Source of the DNA: an uncultured Bacilli bacterium
GTDB taxonomy: Bacteria; Bacillota_I; Bacilli_A; RF39; UBA660
Length of the DNA stretch: 64,000 nt
Reading direction: 5' to 3'
Assembly: GCA_934130545.1 (NCBI GenBank)
Contig: CAKOYD010000001.1
Span: forward strand, 138,343-202,342
The notes beneath the pieces were generated by a model. The model was not told the origin of the DNA. It saw only the letters and a list, made by a program, of their open reading frames with translations, and did no database searches. Below are positions 1 to 10,450 of this stretch, in pieces (positions within the stretch are counted from its first letter, which is position 1; the number at the start of each line of letters is the position of its first letter). Made by a program: the position numbers and the translations under genes.

Positions 1-1957
1 CTTCTTTATTCTGATTAAATCCTACTTTAATTTCTTCAAATCCGACATTTGAGGTCATGACAATTGTTATGTGGTCAAATCTTATGACATTACCTTGATT
101 ATCTTTTATTTTACCTTCGTCTAATATTTGATAGAACAAGTTAATTACACTTGGGTGAGCTTTATCTATTTCATCTAGTAATAATATGGAGTTAGGTTTT
201 TCTTTAATGAGACCAAGAATGTTTTTGTCATCATATCCAACATAGCCAGGGTTAGAACCTATTATTTTATTTATAGAGGTAGCATCAGAATATTCAGACA
301 TATCTAGACGAATAAAATTAGATTCTCCTAAAAAACTTTTAGCATAATTTTTAGCCATTAAGGTTTTACCGACACCAGTTGGTCCAATAAATAGTAGTGA
401 ATAACATTTGTTATCCTTATAGCCTAGTTTTATTCTTTTAGTAATACTTATTAGTTCTTTAATAGCATTATCTTGGCCAATAATTGTTTTACTTAGACTG
501 TCTTCAATAGTTTTTATACTTTTTACTGAGTCAGATAATACTTCATACATAGGGATAGAACAACGGTTATTAATAACACTAGCTATATCATTTATTGATA
601 CTTCTTTACTGTTGGTAGTAGTTAGTTCTAAACTATTTAATTTATTTAATACTTCATTTTCTTTTTGACGATAGTAATAAGCCTTTTTAATATCATTATC
701 TAGTATATATGTTTTTTTCTTATCTCTTATATCATTTAATTCTTTTTGTAATTTGCTTGCTTCTTCGTTAGTATTATTTTGTAGACTTACTTTCGAGCAG
801 ACTTCATCCATAATATCTAGTTCTTTGTCAGGACGATTGCGGTCATAGATATATTTTTCTGATAAAGCAATAATTGAATCTATTACACTATCATTCATAC
901 TTACTTTATGATATTTTTCATAGAGAGGTTTTAGTTTTAATAAGATATTTTTAGTGTCAGAAATTGATGGTTCTTCCACAAAGATTTTTTGAAATCTTCT
1001 TTCTAAAGCACCGTCTTTTTCGATATATTTATGATATTCGGCAGTGGTAGTAGCCCCTATTATTCTTATTTTACCACGAGCAAGGGCCGGTTTTAAAATA
1101 TTTGATGCATCGATAGCGCCTTCCGCTCCACCAGCTCCTATAAGAGTGTGTATTTCATCAATAAATAGAATTATATCATTATCATTTTCAACTTCTTTAA
1201 TGAGTTTTTTCATGCGGTCTTCAAACTCACCACGATATTTAGTGCCGGCAACTAGAGAGGCCATGTCGATAGAAATTATTTTTTTACCATTTAATATTCC
1301 GGCTTCATTACGAGCAATTAATCTGGATAATTCTTCAACAATAGCAGTCTTACCAACACCAGGCAAGCCTATTAATAATGGGTTGTTTTTACATCTTCGG
1401 CATAATATTTCTAAAACTCTTTGGACTTCTTTTTCTCTACCAATAACGGGGTCCAATAAATTGTTTTTAGCTTTCTCAGTTAAATCTATTCCTAAATCTT
1501 CGGCTAATATTTTTTTCTTCTTCTTTCTTTTTTTGATTAATTTACTAGCAAATTCTTCATACATAGATTCAACATCTAGATCCATCGAGATAAATATTCT
1601 GATGGCTATCCCTTCTCCTTCTTCCAAAAGAGAAGAAAATAAGTGATATGGTGTTACCTCCCCATTATTGTTATCTTTGCTATCTAAGATAGCATTTTCT
1701 ATTACTTTTCTTAGTAATGGGGTATATAAGAATATTTCACTTTTCTTACTACCCATTCCTATTATATTTATTATTTGTTCTTTAAATTTATCATAGGTTA
1801 ATCCGTATTCTTTTAATCTTGTTGATAATTCACTATTAGTGTGTAATGTGGCTAATACTAAGTGTTCTGTTCCAATATATGGATGATTTAAATCTAACAT
1901 TTCTAATTTGGCTTTTACTAAAATATTTTGAGCTTCTTCATTAAAATTACCTATCAT
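1..1957 (-). CDS. clpC: ATP-dependent Clp protease ATP-binding subunit ClpC-like (C-terminus beyond window start)
   Basis: Minus-strand translation from ATG at 1957 (RBS AGGAG upstream) gives Clp_N repeats, Walker A GLPGVGKT in D1, a short middle region, and GPTGVGKT in D2. No stop within the window. The plus-strand ORF 1044..1646 is antisense noise. Confidence 0.85.
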   Translation of the reverse strand, partial: MIGNFNEEAQNILVKAKLEMLDLNHPYIGTEHLVLATLHTNSELSTRLKEYGLTYDKFKEQIINIIGMGSKKSEIFLYTPLLRKVIENAILDSKDNNNGEVTPYHLFSSLLEEGEGIAIRIFISMDLDVESMYEEFASKLIKKRKKKKKILAEDLGIDLTEKAKNNLLDPVIGREKEVQRVLEILCRRCKNNPLLIGLPGVGKTAIVEELSRLIARNEAGILNGKKIISIDMASLVAGTKYRGEFEDRMKKLIKEVENDNDIILFIDEIHTLIGAGGAEGAIDASNILKPALARGKIRIIGATTTAEYHKYIEKDGALERRFQKIFVEEPSISDTKNILLKLKPLYEKYHKVSMNDSVIDSIIALSEKYIYDRNRPDKELDIMDEVCSKVSLQNNTNEEASKLQKELNDIRDKKKTYILDNDIKKAYYYRQKENEVLNKLNSLELTTTNSKEVSINDIASVINNRCSIPMYEVLSDSVKSIKTIEDSLSKTIIGQDNAIKELISITKRIKLGYKDNKCYSLLFIGPTGVGKTLMAKNYAKSFLGESNFIRLDMSEYSDATSINKIIGSNPGYVGYDDKNILGLIKEKPNSILLLDEIDKAHPSVINLFYQILDEGKIKDNQGNVIRFDHITIVMTSNVGFEEIKVGFNQNKE

Positions 1958-2061
1958 ATACTACTCCTTTCATATTATATTCTATGTATATAATGGGTAA
2001 TTTTATTTATTTTTAAACTTCTAAATATCTACATTTTATATAAATTAAAAAAATATCAGCA

Positions 2062-2688
2062 TTATACTGATATTAAATTATTTATTCTATTAAGATAGTC
2101 ATCACTTTTAGTAATATAAGATCCAACGACAATTGTATCTATTCCACTATCTTTTATTAAATCAACATTAGTGTTATTAACACCGCCATCAATTTCTAGA
2201 GATAAATTATTATTTATTTTTTTGATATATTCTGCTCTACTTAGGGTGTTCGGCATAAATTCTTGGCCACCTTTGCCTGGGTTAACACTCATTATTAGGA
2301 TACCTTCAACTTTATTTAGATACGGGTATAATAATTCAACGTTAGTGTTTGGGCTGATAGCAAGTCTTGCTTGATAACCTAGAGAGTGAATTTTATCTAT
2401 TAGATTATCGATATCTTTATTTATTTCAATATGAATAGTTATATTATTAATATTCATATTATGTAGTTTTTCTATATAAATAATAGGGTCTTCTACCATT
2501 AGGTGAATATCTAGTTTTTTGTTGGATACGTTATTTATTTCTTTTATTTCTTCAATAGAAAATTTAGTATCAGGAACAAATAATCCGTCCATAACATCTA
2601 TATGAATATAGTTAGTTTTTGTATTATTTAGCTTTTTTATATAATCTATTTTATTATCTGTTGATAAGATAGATACTGATAGTTTCAT
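2062..2688 (-). CDS. rpe: ribulose-phosphate 3-epimerase
   Basis: TIM-barrel RPE motifs (HIDVMDG, HLMV, MSVNPGKGGQEF, EIDGGV). Last gene of the conserved rlmN-stp-pknB-rsgA-rpe cluster. Confidence 0.9.
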   Translation of the reverse strand: MKLSVSILSTDNKIDYIKKLNNTKTNYIHIDVMDGLFVPDTKFSIEEIKEINNVSNKKLDIHLMVEDPIIYIEKLHNMNINNITIHIEINKDIDNLIDKIHSLGYQARLAISPNTNVELLYPYLNKVEGILIMSVNPGKGGQEFMPNTLSRAEYIKKINNNLSLEIDGGVNNTNVDLIKDSGIDTIVVGSYITKSDDYLNRINNLISV

Positions 2689-2696
2689 TAAATCAC

Positions 2697-3530
2697 CTAC
2701 TTATTATTAATAAATTTTTGATAATTTTTATAACGAGATGGTAATATTTCGTTTTTATTTAATAATTCAATAACATGACAGCCTTCTTCTTTAGTATGAA
2801 GGCAATCACTATATTTACATAAATGAAGATTATTAAACATTTCAGGCATATTATCTCTTATATCTAGTTTAGTCATATTAGTAAAATCTATTTGAGAAAA
2901 TCCTGGGGTATCAACAATTAATGATGTACCTACTTGATATAATTCAGTATGTCTTGTGGTGTGTTTACCTCTATTTAGGGCATATGATATATCATTAGTT
3001 TGTAGATTTAGACTGCTATCCAATTTATTTAGTAAACTAGATTTTCCCGCTCCACTTTGACCAGCAAAGGCTACTATTTTATTTTGCATTAATTCTTTTA
3101 ATTTATCTAGTTCTGTATTAGTTATAACTGTATAGCCAATACTTTGATAATAACTAGTATATTTATCTATTTCTTGTAATTCAACGGGTGTTAATAGGTC
3201 TAGTTTAGTTAAACATATTATTGGTGTAATATTGTTATAAGATATAATTGTTAGTAATTTATCTAATAGATAAGTGTCAAAGTTAGGATTTTTAACACTA
3301 GTAACTACTAAGACAATATCAATATTAGCTACTTTAGGTCTTATTAATTCATTTTGACGTGGTAATATTTTTTCAATATAATTGTCTTTTTCATTAAAGA
3401 GTACTTTATCTCCTACTAAGGGAGTCATTTTTGAATATTTTATTTTACCACTACATTTACAGATATAATCTTGATTATTGGTTCTTACTGTATAGTCGTT
3501 ACTGATATTTTTAACAATTATACCTTGCAT
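2697..3530 (-). CDS. rsgA: ribosome small-subunit biogenesis GTPase RsgA
   Basis: Circularly permuted GTPase with GQSGAGKSSLLN and a C-terminal Cys/His zinc motif (CKYSDCLHTKEEGC). Confidence 0.9.
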   Translation of the reverse strand: MQGIIVKNISNDYTVRTNNQDYICKCSGKIKYSKMTPLVGDKVLFNEKDNYIEKILPRQNELIRPKVANIDIVLVVTSVKNPNFDTYLLDKLLTIISYNNITPIICLTKLDLLTPVELQEIDKYTSYYQSIGYTVITNTELDKLKELMQNKIVAFAGQSGAGKSSLLNKLDSSLNLQTNDISYALNRGKHTTRHTELYQVGTSLIVDTPGFSQIDFTNMTKLDIRDNMPEMFNNLHLCKYSDCLHTKEEGCHVIELLNKNEILPSRYKNYQKFINNK

Positions 3531-3539
3531 ATTACACTC

Positions 3540-5351
3540 CTATTCTGTACCGCTTCCACTACTGCTACTACTACTGCTAGCAGGTTTTTCTTCTGGTAAG
3601 GCATCAGCAATTTTTACTTTAATACTTATTCCACTAATAATAGGATCACCTATTCTTGATTGATAAGTTATTTTACTATTTTTTAATTCTTCGTACTTGT
3701 CTTGTGGTACTGCTTTATTGTTTTTATCTAAGACTGTTATTGAAACGTTATACTCATTAACAAAGGCTATTACTTCTGATAGAGTCCATCCTTCTTCGAC
3801 CATGTTAGGATATTCTTCAACGATGTTAGGAATATATAAAGTAATAGTATCGCCTTTTTCTAATAGTTTCTTTTCTTCACTATTATACTTAGGGTTTTGT
3901 TCTAAGATATGGTCTGTCTTATCTTTATAGTCATCTTTGTTTTCAACGTCTTTTCTTTCTATTAGAACGTTAATTCCTAATAATTCTAATTTGGCTTTTA
4001 CTTCTTTATAATCTAGGCCGGTATAGTCTTCTAAGTAATGGAAGTCGCCACCACTTGATTTAACAACAGTTATAATTGTACCTTTTTTTCTTACTGTGCC
4101 AGCTTTAGGTAAGGTATTGATGACATGACCTTCTTCAACTTTATCACTTGATTCTGTTTCTATGACATAGTCAAATCCTAGTTTAGTTAATTCATCTAGT
4201 GCTTCATTTATTTCTTTATTAGTTAAGTTGGGAACACTTATTTCTTTTACGTCACCAGTCATTAAAATAGTAAATACTATTACGCCAATAATGATTAAAC
4301 TTAAGAAGACACATGATAAGATTATTACTACTTTATTTTTCTTCTTTTCTGTTGGAGGTATAGTATCTTCATCTAGAAAATCAGATTTTATTTCAGTAGA
4401 TATTTCTTCACTTGGTATTTCTTCTTTATTTACTATTGGTTTTTTTATTTTCTTGATGGGATTTAGTTTCTTAGCTTCGTCATTATTTTCTATTTCAGGA
4501 TATTCAAAAGAATATTTTTCAACATCAGGATTATCTAAACATTTTACTAAGTCTTCATGCATTTCCATGACAGAATCATATCTATTTCTTGGATTTTTAG
4601 CTGCTGCTTTCATAACAATATTCTCAACACTTTGCGGAATTGTTGGGTTCTGTTTTCTTAGACTTGGCATTGGTTCTTTTAAATGCTTTAGGGCTATTTC
4701 AACAGCGTTATCACCTTTAAATGGAATAGTGCCAGTTAATAATTCATACATTAGTATTCCTAATGAATAGATATCACTTTTTATAGTAGCTCCTTTACCA
4801 CTAGCTTGTTCTGGTGGTAAATAATGCACTGAACCCATAACTGAGTTAGTTTGTGTTAATTGGGTAGCGTTTAGAGCCATGGCAATACCAAAGTCAGTTA
4901 TTTTTATTAAGCCATTATCCATAATCATTATGTTTTGTGGTTTAATATCTCGGTGAATTATATAAGCCGCATGAGCATGAGCAAGTCCATCAGTTAATTG
5001 GGTCATAATGTCTACTACTTCTGGGACGGTTAGACTACCTCTTTTCTTTAGTAATTGTTTTAAAGTCATACCATCAATATATTCCATTACTATATAATGT
5101 TGACCATCTTCTTCTCCAACATCGTATACTTCAACAATATTGGGGTGTGATAAATTGGATACAGATAAGGCTTCTCTTTGAAATCTTCTGATAAATTTAT
5201 CATCGTTTGATAAGTCTCCTCTTAATACTTTGATGGCAACTTTACGATCTAATATTAAGTCATTAGCTAAATATACATTGGCCATACCACCTTCACCAAT
5301 TGATTTAACAATCTCATAACGATCGTTAATTCTTTGCCCCTTTGATAACAT
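3540..5351 (-). CDS. pknB: Ser/Thr protein kinase with TM segment and three PASTA repeats (PknB/PrkC)
   Basis: Hanks kinase motifs (VAIK, HRDIKPQN, DFGIA), one TM helix, C-terminal PASTA repeats and a poly-Ser tail. Confidence 0.9.
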   Translation of the reverse strand: MLSKGQRINDRYEIVKSIGEGGMANVYLANDLILDRKVAIKVLRGDLSNDDKFIRRFQREALSVSNLSHPNIVEVYDVGEEDGQHYIVMEYIDGMTLKQLLKKRGSLTVPEVVDIMTQLTDGLAHAHAAYIIHRDIKPQNIMIMDNGLIKITDFGIAMALNATQLTQTNSVMGSVHYLPPEQASGKGATIKSDIYSLGILMYELLTGTIPFKGDNAVEIALKHLKEPMPSLRKQNPTIPQSVENIVMKAAAKNPRNRYDSVMEMHEDLVKCLDNPDVEKYSFEYPEIENNDEAKKLNPIKKIKKPIVNKEEIPSEEISTEIKSDFLDEDTIPPTEKKKNKVVIILSCVFLSLIIIGVIVFTILMTGDVKEISVPNLTNKEINEALDELTKLGFDYVIETESSDKVEEGHVINTLPKAGTVRKKGTIITVVKSSGGDFHYLEDYTGLDYKEVKAKLELLGINVLIERKDVENKDDYKDKTDHILEQNPKYNSEEKKLLEKGDTITLYIPNIVEEYPNMVEEGWTLSEVIAFVNEYNVSITVLDKNNKAVPQDKYEELKNSKITYQSRIGDPIISGISIKVKIADALPEEKPASSSSSSSGSGTE

Positions 5352-6094
5352 TATAAATCACCGCTTTCCTTCTTTAAATAAGCTATTGAAATGTTGTCAG
5401 TTCCTCCACGACTATTACTCTTTTTGATTAATTTTAATACAGTATCTTCGATTGATTGGTCTTCATCATTTAAGGCTTTTTCTATTTGTTCAGCTGTTAA
5501 CATATTAGTTAGACCATCACTACATAAGAATATTCCTTTTACTGATGTATCAACATCGAAGATATCTACTTCAATTGGGTTGTTAGCACCTAGTGCTCGC
5601 ATTAAGACATTTTTACGAGGATGATATTTAGCTTCTTCCTCTGTTAATTCACCAGTAGATACTAATAGATTTACTAGGGTATGGTCTTTAGTTACTTTAT
5701 GAAGAGTGCTATTTTTAATAACAAATCCTGAACTATCGCCAATATTACCAAATAAGATATAATCATCAGTTTTAATAGCCATAACTAAAGTTGTACCCAT
5801 ACCTTTACTATCGGGATTAGTATCAGTATATTCAAATATTTTATTATTTATTTCTTGAACTACTGTTCTCATCCATTCAATGGCACTATCTTTATCTTTT
5901 AGAGATGACATTTTATAGAATGATTCTGTTAAGTGATTAATAGCAATTGATGAAGCTATCTCACCAGCTTTATGTCCTCCCATACCATCAGCGACCGCTA
6001 ATAGATATTCTTTATTCTCATTATTAATTATTGTTACACTATCTTCGTTATGTGAACGAACTTTTCCTGGATCTGTATAATAAAATGTTTGCAT
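5351..6094 (-). CDS. stp: PP2C-family Ser/Thr phosphatase (Stp/PrpC)
   Basis: PP2C motifs (ADGMGGH, DGLTN). Stop overlaps the pknB start, as in the conserved stp-pknB pair. Confidence 0.9.
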   Translation of the reverse strand: MQTFYYTDPGKVRSHNEDSVTIINNENKEYLLAVADGMGGHKAGEIASSIAINHLTESFYKMSSLKDKDSAIEWMRTVVQEINNKIFEYTDTNPDSKGMGTTLVMAIKTDDYILFGNIGDSSGFVIKNSTLHKVTKDHTLVNLLVSTGELTEEEAKYHPRKNVLMRALGANNPIEVDIFDVDTSVKGIFLCSDGLTNMLTAEQIEKALNDEDQSIEDTVLKLIKKSNSRGGTDNISIAYLKKESGDL

Positions 6095-6096
6095 AT

Positions 6097-7131
6097 TTAA
6101 CCTCCTATTTTATTTTGGTTAGCGCGTAGTTGGCCACAGGCGGCATCTACTTTACCACCAAATTCACGTCTTATTGTTACGTTTATTCCACTTTTCTTAA
6201 GTATATCATAAAACTTCAATATTTGCACTTGTTTTGTACGTTTGAAATCAATATTTTCGGTTTCATTATATGGAATTAAATTAACATAACAGTTTATTCC
6301 TTTAATTAAGTTAGCTAATTCTTTGGCATTTTCAGCACTATCGTTTACTTTATCTAACATTATATATTCAAAAGTTATTCTTCTATTAGTATTTTTCTCA
6401 TATTCTTTAAGGGTTTCCATTAGTTCTTCTAGTTTATAGGCTTTACTAATTGGCATAATCTTATTTCTAATTTCATCATTGGGAGCGTGTAAACTAATGG
6501 CTAAGTTTACTTGCCCTTGTTCGTTCATGAATTTCTTGATGCCGGGAATGACACCACAGGTTGACACTGTTATGTGTCTAGTACCGATGGCAATTCCTTT
6601 AGGATGAGTTATTATTTTTATGAAATTCATGACATTATCGTAGTTGTCAAATGGTTCGCCGATTCCCATTACTACAACATGAGATATTCTTTGTTTAATG
6701 TCTTCTTCAATTAACAATATTTGTTCAACCATTTCATATGCTTCTAGATTTCTTACTTTTTTTAGTCGGCCACTTTCACAAAATTTACAGCCCATATTAC
6801 ATCCAACTTGTGATGAGACACATATACTAATACCATAATCGTGATACATTAAGACAGATTCTATGGTTTGACCATCTTGTAATTGGAATAGATATTTCTT
6901 TACTAAGTCATCTTCTTGTTTGTAAACTATTTTAATCATATCAAAGTTAAAGTCTTGTTTTAAATGTTCTTTAATGTTTTTACCAATATTATTCATTTCA
7001 TCAAAACTTTTTACTCTTTTTTGATATAGAAATTCATATATTTGGGTTGCTCTAAATTTTTTATCGTTAATAGATAGAAAATATGATTCTAAATCATTAA
7101 AGTTTATGCCATATATATTCATAAGTTTCAC
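6097..7131 (-). CDS. rlmN: 23S rRNA/tRNA adenine C2 methyltransferase RlmN (radical SAM)
   Basis: CxxxCxxC radical SAM motif (CNMGCKFCESG) and the RlmN/Cfr-family C-terminus (CGQL). Confidence 0.9.
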   Translation of the reverse strand: MKLMNIYGINFNDLESYFLSINDKKFRATQIYEFLYQKRVKSFDEMNNIGKNIKEHLKQDFNFDMIKIVYKQEDDLVKKYLFQLQDGQTIESVLMYHDYGISICVSSQVGCNMGCKFCESGRLKKVRNLEAYEMVEQILLIEEDIKQRISHVVVMGIGEPFDNYDNVMNFIKIITHPKGIAIGTRHITVSTCGVIPGIKKFMNEQGQVNLAISLHAPNDEIRNKIMPISKAYKLEELMETLKEYEKNTNRRITFEYIMLDKVNDSAENAKELANLIKGINCYVNLIPYNETENIDFKRTKQVQILKFYDILKKSGINVTIRREFGGKVDAACGQLRANQNKIGG

Positions 7132-7182
7132 TTCCTAGTTATATATAGTATACCATTTATTATATAGAAAATAAATATTTTA

Positions 7183-7212
7183 CGTTAAAAAAGAATAGGC
7201 TTTTGGCCTATT
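7183..7212 (-). terminator. rho-independent terminator after the VanY-like gene
   Basis: 7-bp stem aataggc/gcctatt with loop ttttg, followed on the minus strand by a T-run (cttttttaa). Overlaps the stop codon. Confidence 0.5.
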
Positions 7213-7759
7213 TATGTGTTTCTAGATATTCTTCTAGGGTTTTACCGCTATTATATATGTCAATAGCTTGTGGTCCAATATATCTTAGATGCCATGGTTC
7301 ATAGTTATATCCGGTAATATCTTCTTTATTTTTAGGATATCTTAATATAAACCCGTATAATGGACATTTTTGATGAATAATTTGTAGTTCTTCTAAGTCT
7401 TCTAATTCATATTCGATATAGCATTTATCATCTTTATAAAGACAAAAGTCAATGGCTAGGCCTGTTTGATGCTCTGAACTTCCTGGTTTGGCAATACTTT
7501 TAAAGGCATAGTTATATCCTTTCTCTAAAACTAATTTATTATATATCTTTTCTTGATAGTTATAATCACGATACCCACTTTCTATATCAATACTAATGCC
7601 TTTACTTTGTAGATATTCTTGAAATTTAAGAAAATTATCATAAGCTACTTTAGATAACATAACATTATCTTTATATTTACTATTTGTTTTAACTAGATCG
7701 TAGGGAACATAGTTCTTATCTAGTTTTTTATTTTTGTTTACTAATAATATATTATTCAT
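7208..7759 (-). CDS. D-alanyl-D-alanine carboxypeptidase, peptidase M15B (VanY-like)
   Basis: SGYRDYNYQ and EHQTGLAIDF motifs typical of VanY/M15 zinc peptidases. Confidence 0.7.
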   Translation of the reverse strand: MNNILLVNKNKKLDKNYVPYDLVKTNSKYKDNVMLSKVAYDNFLKFQEYLQSKGISIDIESGYRDYNYQEKIYNKLVLEKGYNYAFKSIAKPGSSEHQTGLAIDFCLYKDDKCYIEYELEDLEELQIIHQKCPLYGFILRYPKNKEDITGYNYEPWHLRYIGPQAIDIYNSGKTLEEYLETHK

Positions 7760-7776
7760 ACTATATTATATGCTTA

Positions 7777-9870
7777 TTATACTTTAGAGATACTTTTATG
7801 ATTTTTCATTAATTTCTTAATACCATATGGATGTGGAAAAGCAACGGTAATAATTGATTTATCAACAGAGATAACTACTCCTTCGCCATATTCAGTATGC
7901 TTTATTATTTCTCCTTCAGTAAAATCAGTATTAGTATTAGTATACATTTTTTCTTTAATTATTTTAGAGACTACTTTTATTGGTGGTGTTGTTTTATTTT
8001 CTTTTTCTAGATAGTTATCATCTATTTCTTCAATAAATCTACTTACGGGGTTAATTTGGGTATTACCAAATAGGGTTCTTTTTTTAGCATTTAGTAAATA
8101 TAGATTCTTTTTAGCACGGGTAATAGCTACATAACAAAGACGTCTTTCTTCTTCAATAGCAGCCATACCTCCTTCGTTGATTGCATTATAGTGAGGGAAT
8201 ATTCCTTCTTCCATACCAATAACAAAGACATTATCAAACTCTAGTCCTTTAACAGCATGCATAGTCATTAGGTTAACTTTATTAGTGCCATCTTGGTGCT
8301 CGGACATATCACTTACTAAAGATATTTCATTTAAGAAATCATCTAGAGATATAACACCATTTTCTTCTTCATAACTCTTAGTTATTGATTTAAACTCCTC
8401 TAAGTTTTCTAATCTTATTTCGCTTTCAAGGGTATGCTCCATTTTTAGTTCTTCACGCATACCGGTTTTATCTAATACTAAGTCAACTAATTCAGTTAGG
8501 GATAAACTAGCACTTTCTTTAATTAAGTCTTCAATTAACTCTTTAAACTTTAGTTCTTTACCAGTACTGATAGCATCAAATAGTGGGATATTTCTTTCGG
8601 TTGCAATATCGTTAATACTTTCAATTGTTTTATCACCAATGCCTCTTTTAGGAACATTTATTACTCTAGTTAAACTAACATCATCTTTAGTATTATTAAT
8701 AAGTCTTAAATAACATATTAAATCTTTTATTTCTTTACGATTATAGAAATAGAAACTACCAACTATTTTATAGGGAATATTATTCTTTAACATTTCTTCT
8801 TCGATTAAACGAGATTGAGCATTAGTACGATAGATAATAGCAATATCTTCATAGTTAACGCCTTCTTTTTTCATCTTTAATATTTCACTAGATACATAGG
8901 CGCATTCATCTTTATCAGTATCACTTCTTATATATTTAATCTTACTGCCTTCTTCGTTATTACTCCATAAGTTTTTATCTTTACGCATTTTATTATGTTT
9001 AATAACACTGTTAGCAGCATTTAGAATAGTTTTTGTTGAACGATAATTTTCCTCTAGCATAATAGTAATGGCATCAGGATAATCTTTTTCAAAGTTTAAG
9101 ATGTTTTTGTAGTTAGCACCTCGAAAGGCATATATGGCTTGGTCATTATCCCCTACCACAAAGATGTTTTTATATTTAGCACATAGCATTTTACTAAAGA
9201 CATATTGGGCTTCGTTAGTATCTTGATATTCATCAATTAGAACATATTGATATTTATCTTGATAGTATTCTAAGACATGAGGATTTTCGTTAAATAATTT
9301 AATTGGTAGGATTAATAAATCATCAAAGTCAACAGAATTATTTAATTTTAGTTTATCTTCATATTTCTTATATAATTCAACTATTTTAGAATCATATTCC
9401 ATTTTACTAAAATTACTTGGGGTAATCATTTCATTTTTAGCACTACTTATTTTATTTCTAATATCTTTAGCATTATAATACTTAGGATTTAAGTTCATAT
9501 CTTTCATTAGTTTTTTTACTACTGTTAGGGTATCATCGCTATCTAAGATAACAAAGTTGCGGTCATAACCTAGATATTTATAATTTTCTTTTAATAACTT
9601 AAGTCCTAAAGAGTGAAATGTTGATATTTGAATTAAGTAAGCATCAGTACCTATTATCTTCTTTACTCTTTCTTGCATTTCTTTAGCGGCTTTGTTAGTA
9701 AATGTGATAGCTAAAATATTATCAGGAGATACTCCGTTTTCTATTAAGTAAGCTATTCTACTAGTTAATACTTTAGTCTTTCCTGAGCCTGCTCCGGCTA
9801 GAACTAGCATAGGGCCATTTATATGCTCAACAGCCTTTTTTTGATTTATATTTAGATTATTTATATTCAT
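7777..9870 (-). CDS. pcrA: ATP-dependent DNA helicase PcrA (UvrD family)
   Basis: N-terminal LNxxQxxAV and Walker A AGAGSGKT, DEYQDT motif II, C-terminal UvrD_C. The size, ~700 aa, matches PcrA. Confidence 0.85.
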   Translation of the reverse strand: MNINNLNINQKKAVEHINGPMLVLAGAGSGKTKVLTSRIAYLIENGVSPDNILAITFTNKAAKEMQERVKKIIGTDAYLIQISTFHSLGLKLLKENYKYLGYDRNFVILDSDDTLTVVKKLMKDMNLNPKYYNAKDIRNKISSAKNEMITPSNFSKMEYDSKIVELYKKYEDKLKLNNSVDFDDLLILPIKLFNENPHVLEYYQDKYQYVLIDEYQDTNEAQYVFSKMLCAKYKNIFVVGDNDQAIYAFRGANYKNILNFEKDYPDAITIMLEENYRSTKTILNAANSVIKHNKMRKDKNLWSNNEEGSKIKYIRSDTDKDECAYVSSEILKMKKEGVNYEDIAIIYRTNAQSRLIEEEMLKNNIPYKIVGSFYFYNRKEIKDLICYLRLINNTKDDVSLTRVINVPKRGIGDKTIESINDIATERNIPLFDAISTGKELKFKELIEDLIKESASLSLTELVDLVLDKTGMREELKMEHTLESEIRLENLEEFKSITKSYEEENGVISLDDFLNEISLVSDMSEHQDGTNKVNLMTMHAVKGLEFDNVFVIGMEEGIFPHYNAINEGGMAAIEEERRLCYVAITRAKKNLYLLNAKKRTLFGNTQINPVSRFIEEIDDNYLEKENKTTPPIKVVSKIIKEKMYTNTNTDFTEGEIIKHTEYGEGVVISVDKSIITVAFPHPYGIKKLMKNHKSISKV

Positions 9871-9982
9871 CTATACCACTCTCCTAACTAATTGTATCAT
9901 ATAAATATCAATAATGGTTAATAATTAATGTTTAGTTAACAAAAATATTTTAATAGAATACACTATAAATGATAAGGAGGAA

Positions 9983-10422
9983 GTGATGAAAAAAATAGTT
10001 ATAAGTTTACTTATTATTTTAATTATTGGTGTTTCTTTAATATTTACAGCATTTAATAAGAAGAACGAATCTAGTTCGTTCAAGAAAATTACGGTAGCAG
10101 AAGTTGCACATAGTGTCTTTTATGCTCCCCAATATTTAGCTTTATCTTTAGGATATTTTGAAGATGAAGGATTAGATATTGATTTAGTACTTGCTAGTGG
10201 TGCTGATGCGGTTATGGCAGCAGTGCTATCAGGAGATGCAGAGATAGGATTTTCTGGTACAGAAGCAACTATTTATGTATATAATGGTGGTGAGAAAGAT
10301 TATGTAATGACTTTTGCCGGTCTTACTCAGAAAGATGGTAGTTTCTTAGTATCTAGAGAAAAGATTGATAATTTTACTATTGATATGTTAAAAGATAAGT
10401 ATATTATCGGTGGACGTAAGGG
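9983..10422 (+). pseudogene. ABC transporter substrate-binding protein (NMT1/SsuA/TauA family), N-terminal fragment interrupted by element A
   Basis: Signal peptide/TM plus NMT1-like N-terminus ending ...IIGGRKG. The frame then runs into element-derived sequence. It continues in frame at 12921 after in-silico excision (GGRKGGMPEM). Confidence 0.75.
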
Positions 10423-10450
10423 GTTTCTTGTTAAATGTGATAGTATATAG
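10423..10450. repeat. element A left att arm (ttcttgttaaatgtgatagtatatag)
   Basis: Matches the reverse complement of 12892-12917 at 20 of 26 positions, immediately abutting the core. Confidence 0.65.

Noticed and set aside
1044-1646. 200-aa plus-strand ORF
   Set aside because: Low-complexity translation antisense to a clear ClpC AAA+ reading frame on the minus strand.
3697-4770. Plus-strand ORFs inside pknB (3697..3930, 4228..4770), and similar short ORFs inside the MMPL, PBP, ligA, helicase and other genes
   Set aside because: They lie antisense within long well-supported genes and have hydrophobic low-complexity translations typical of AT-rich antisense frames.
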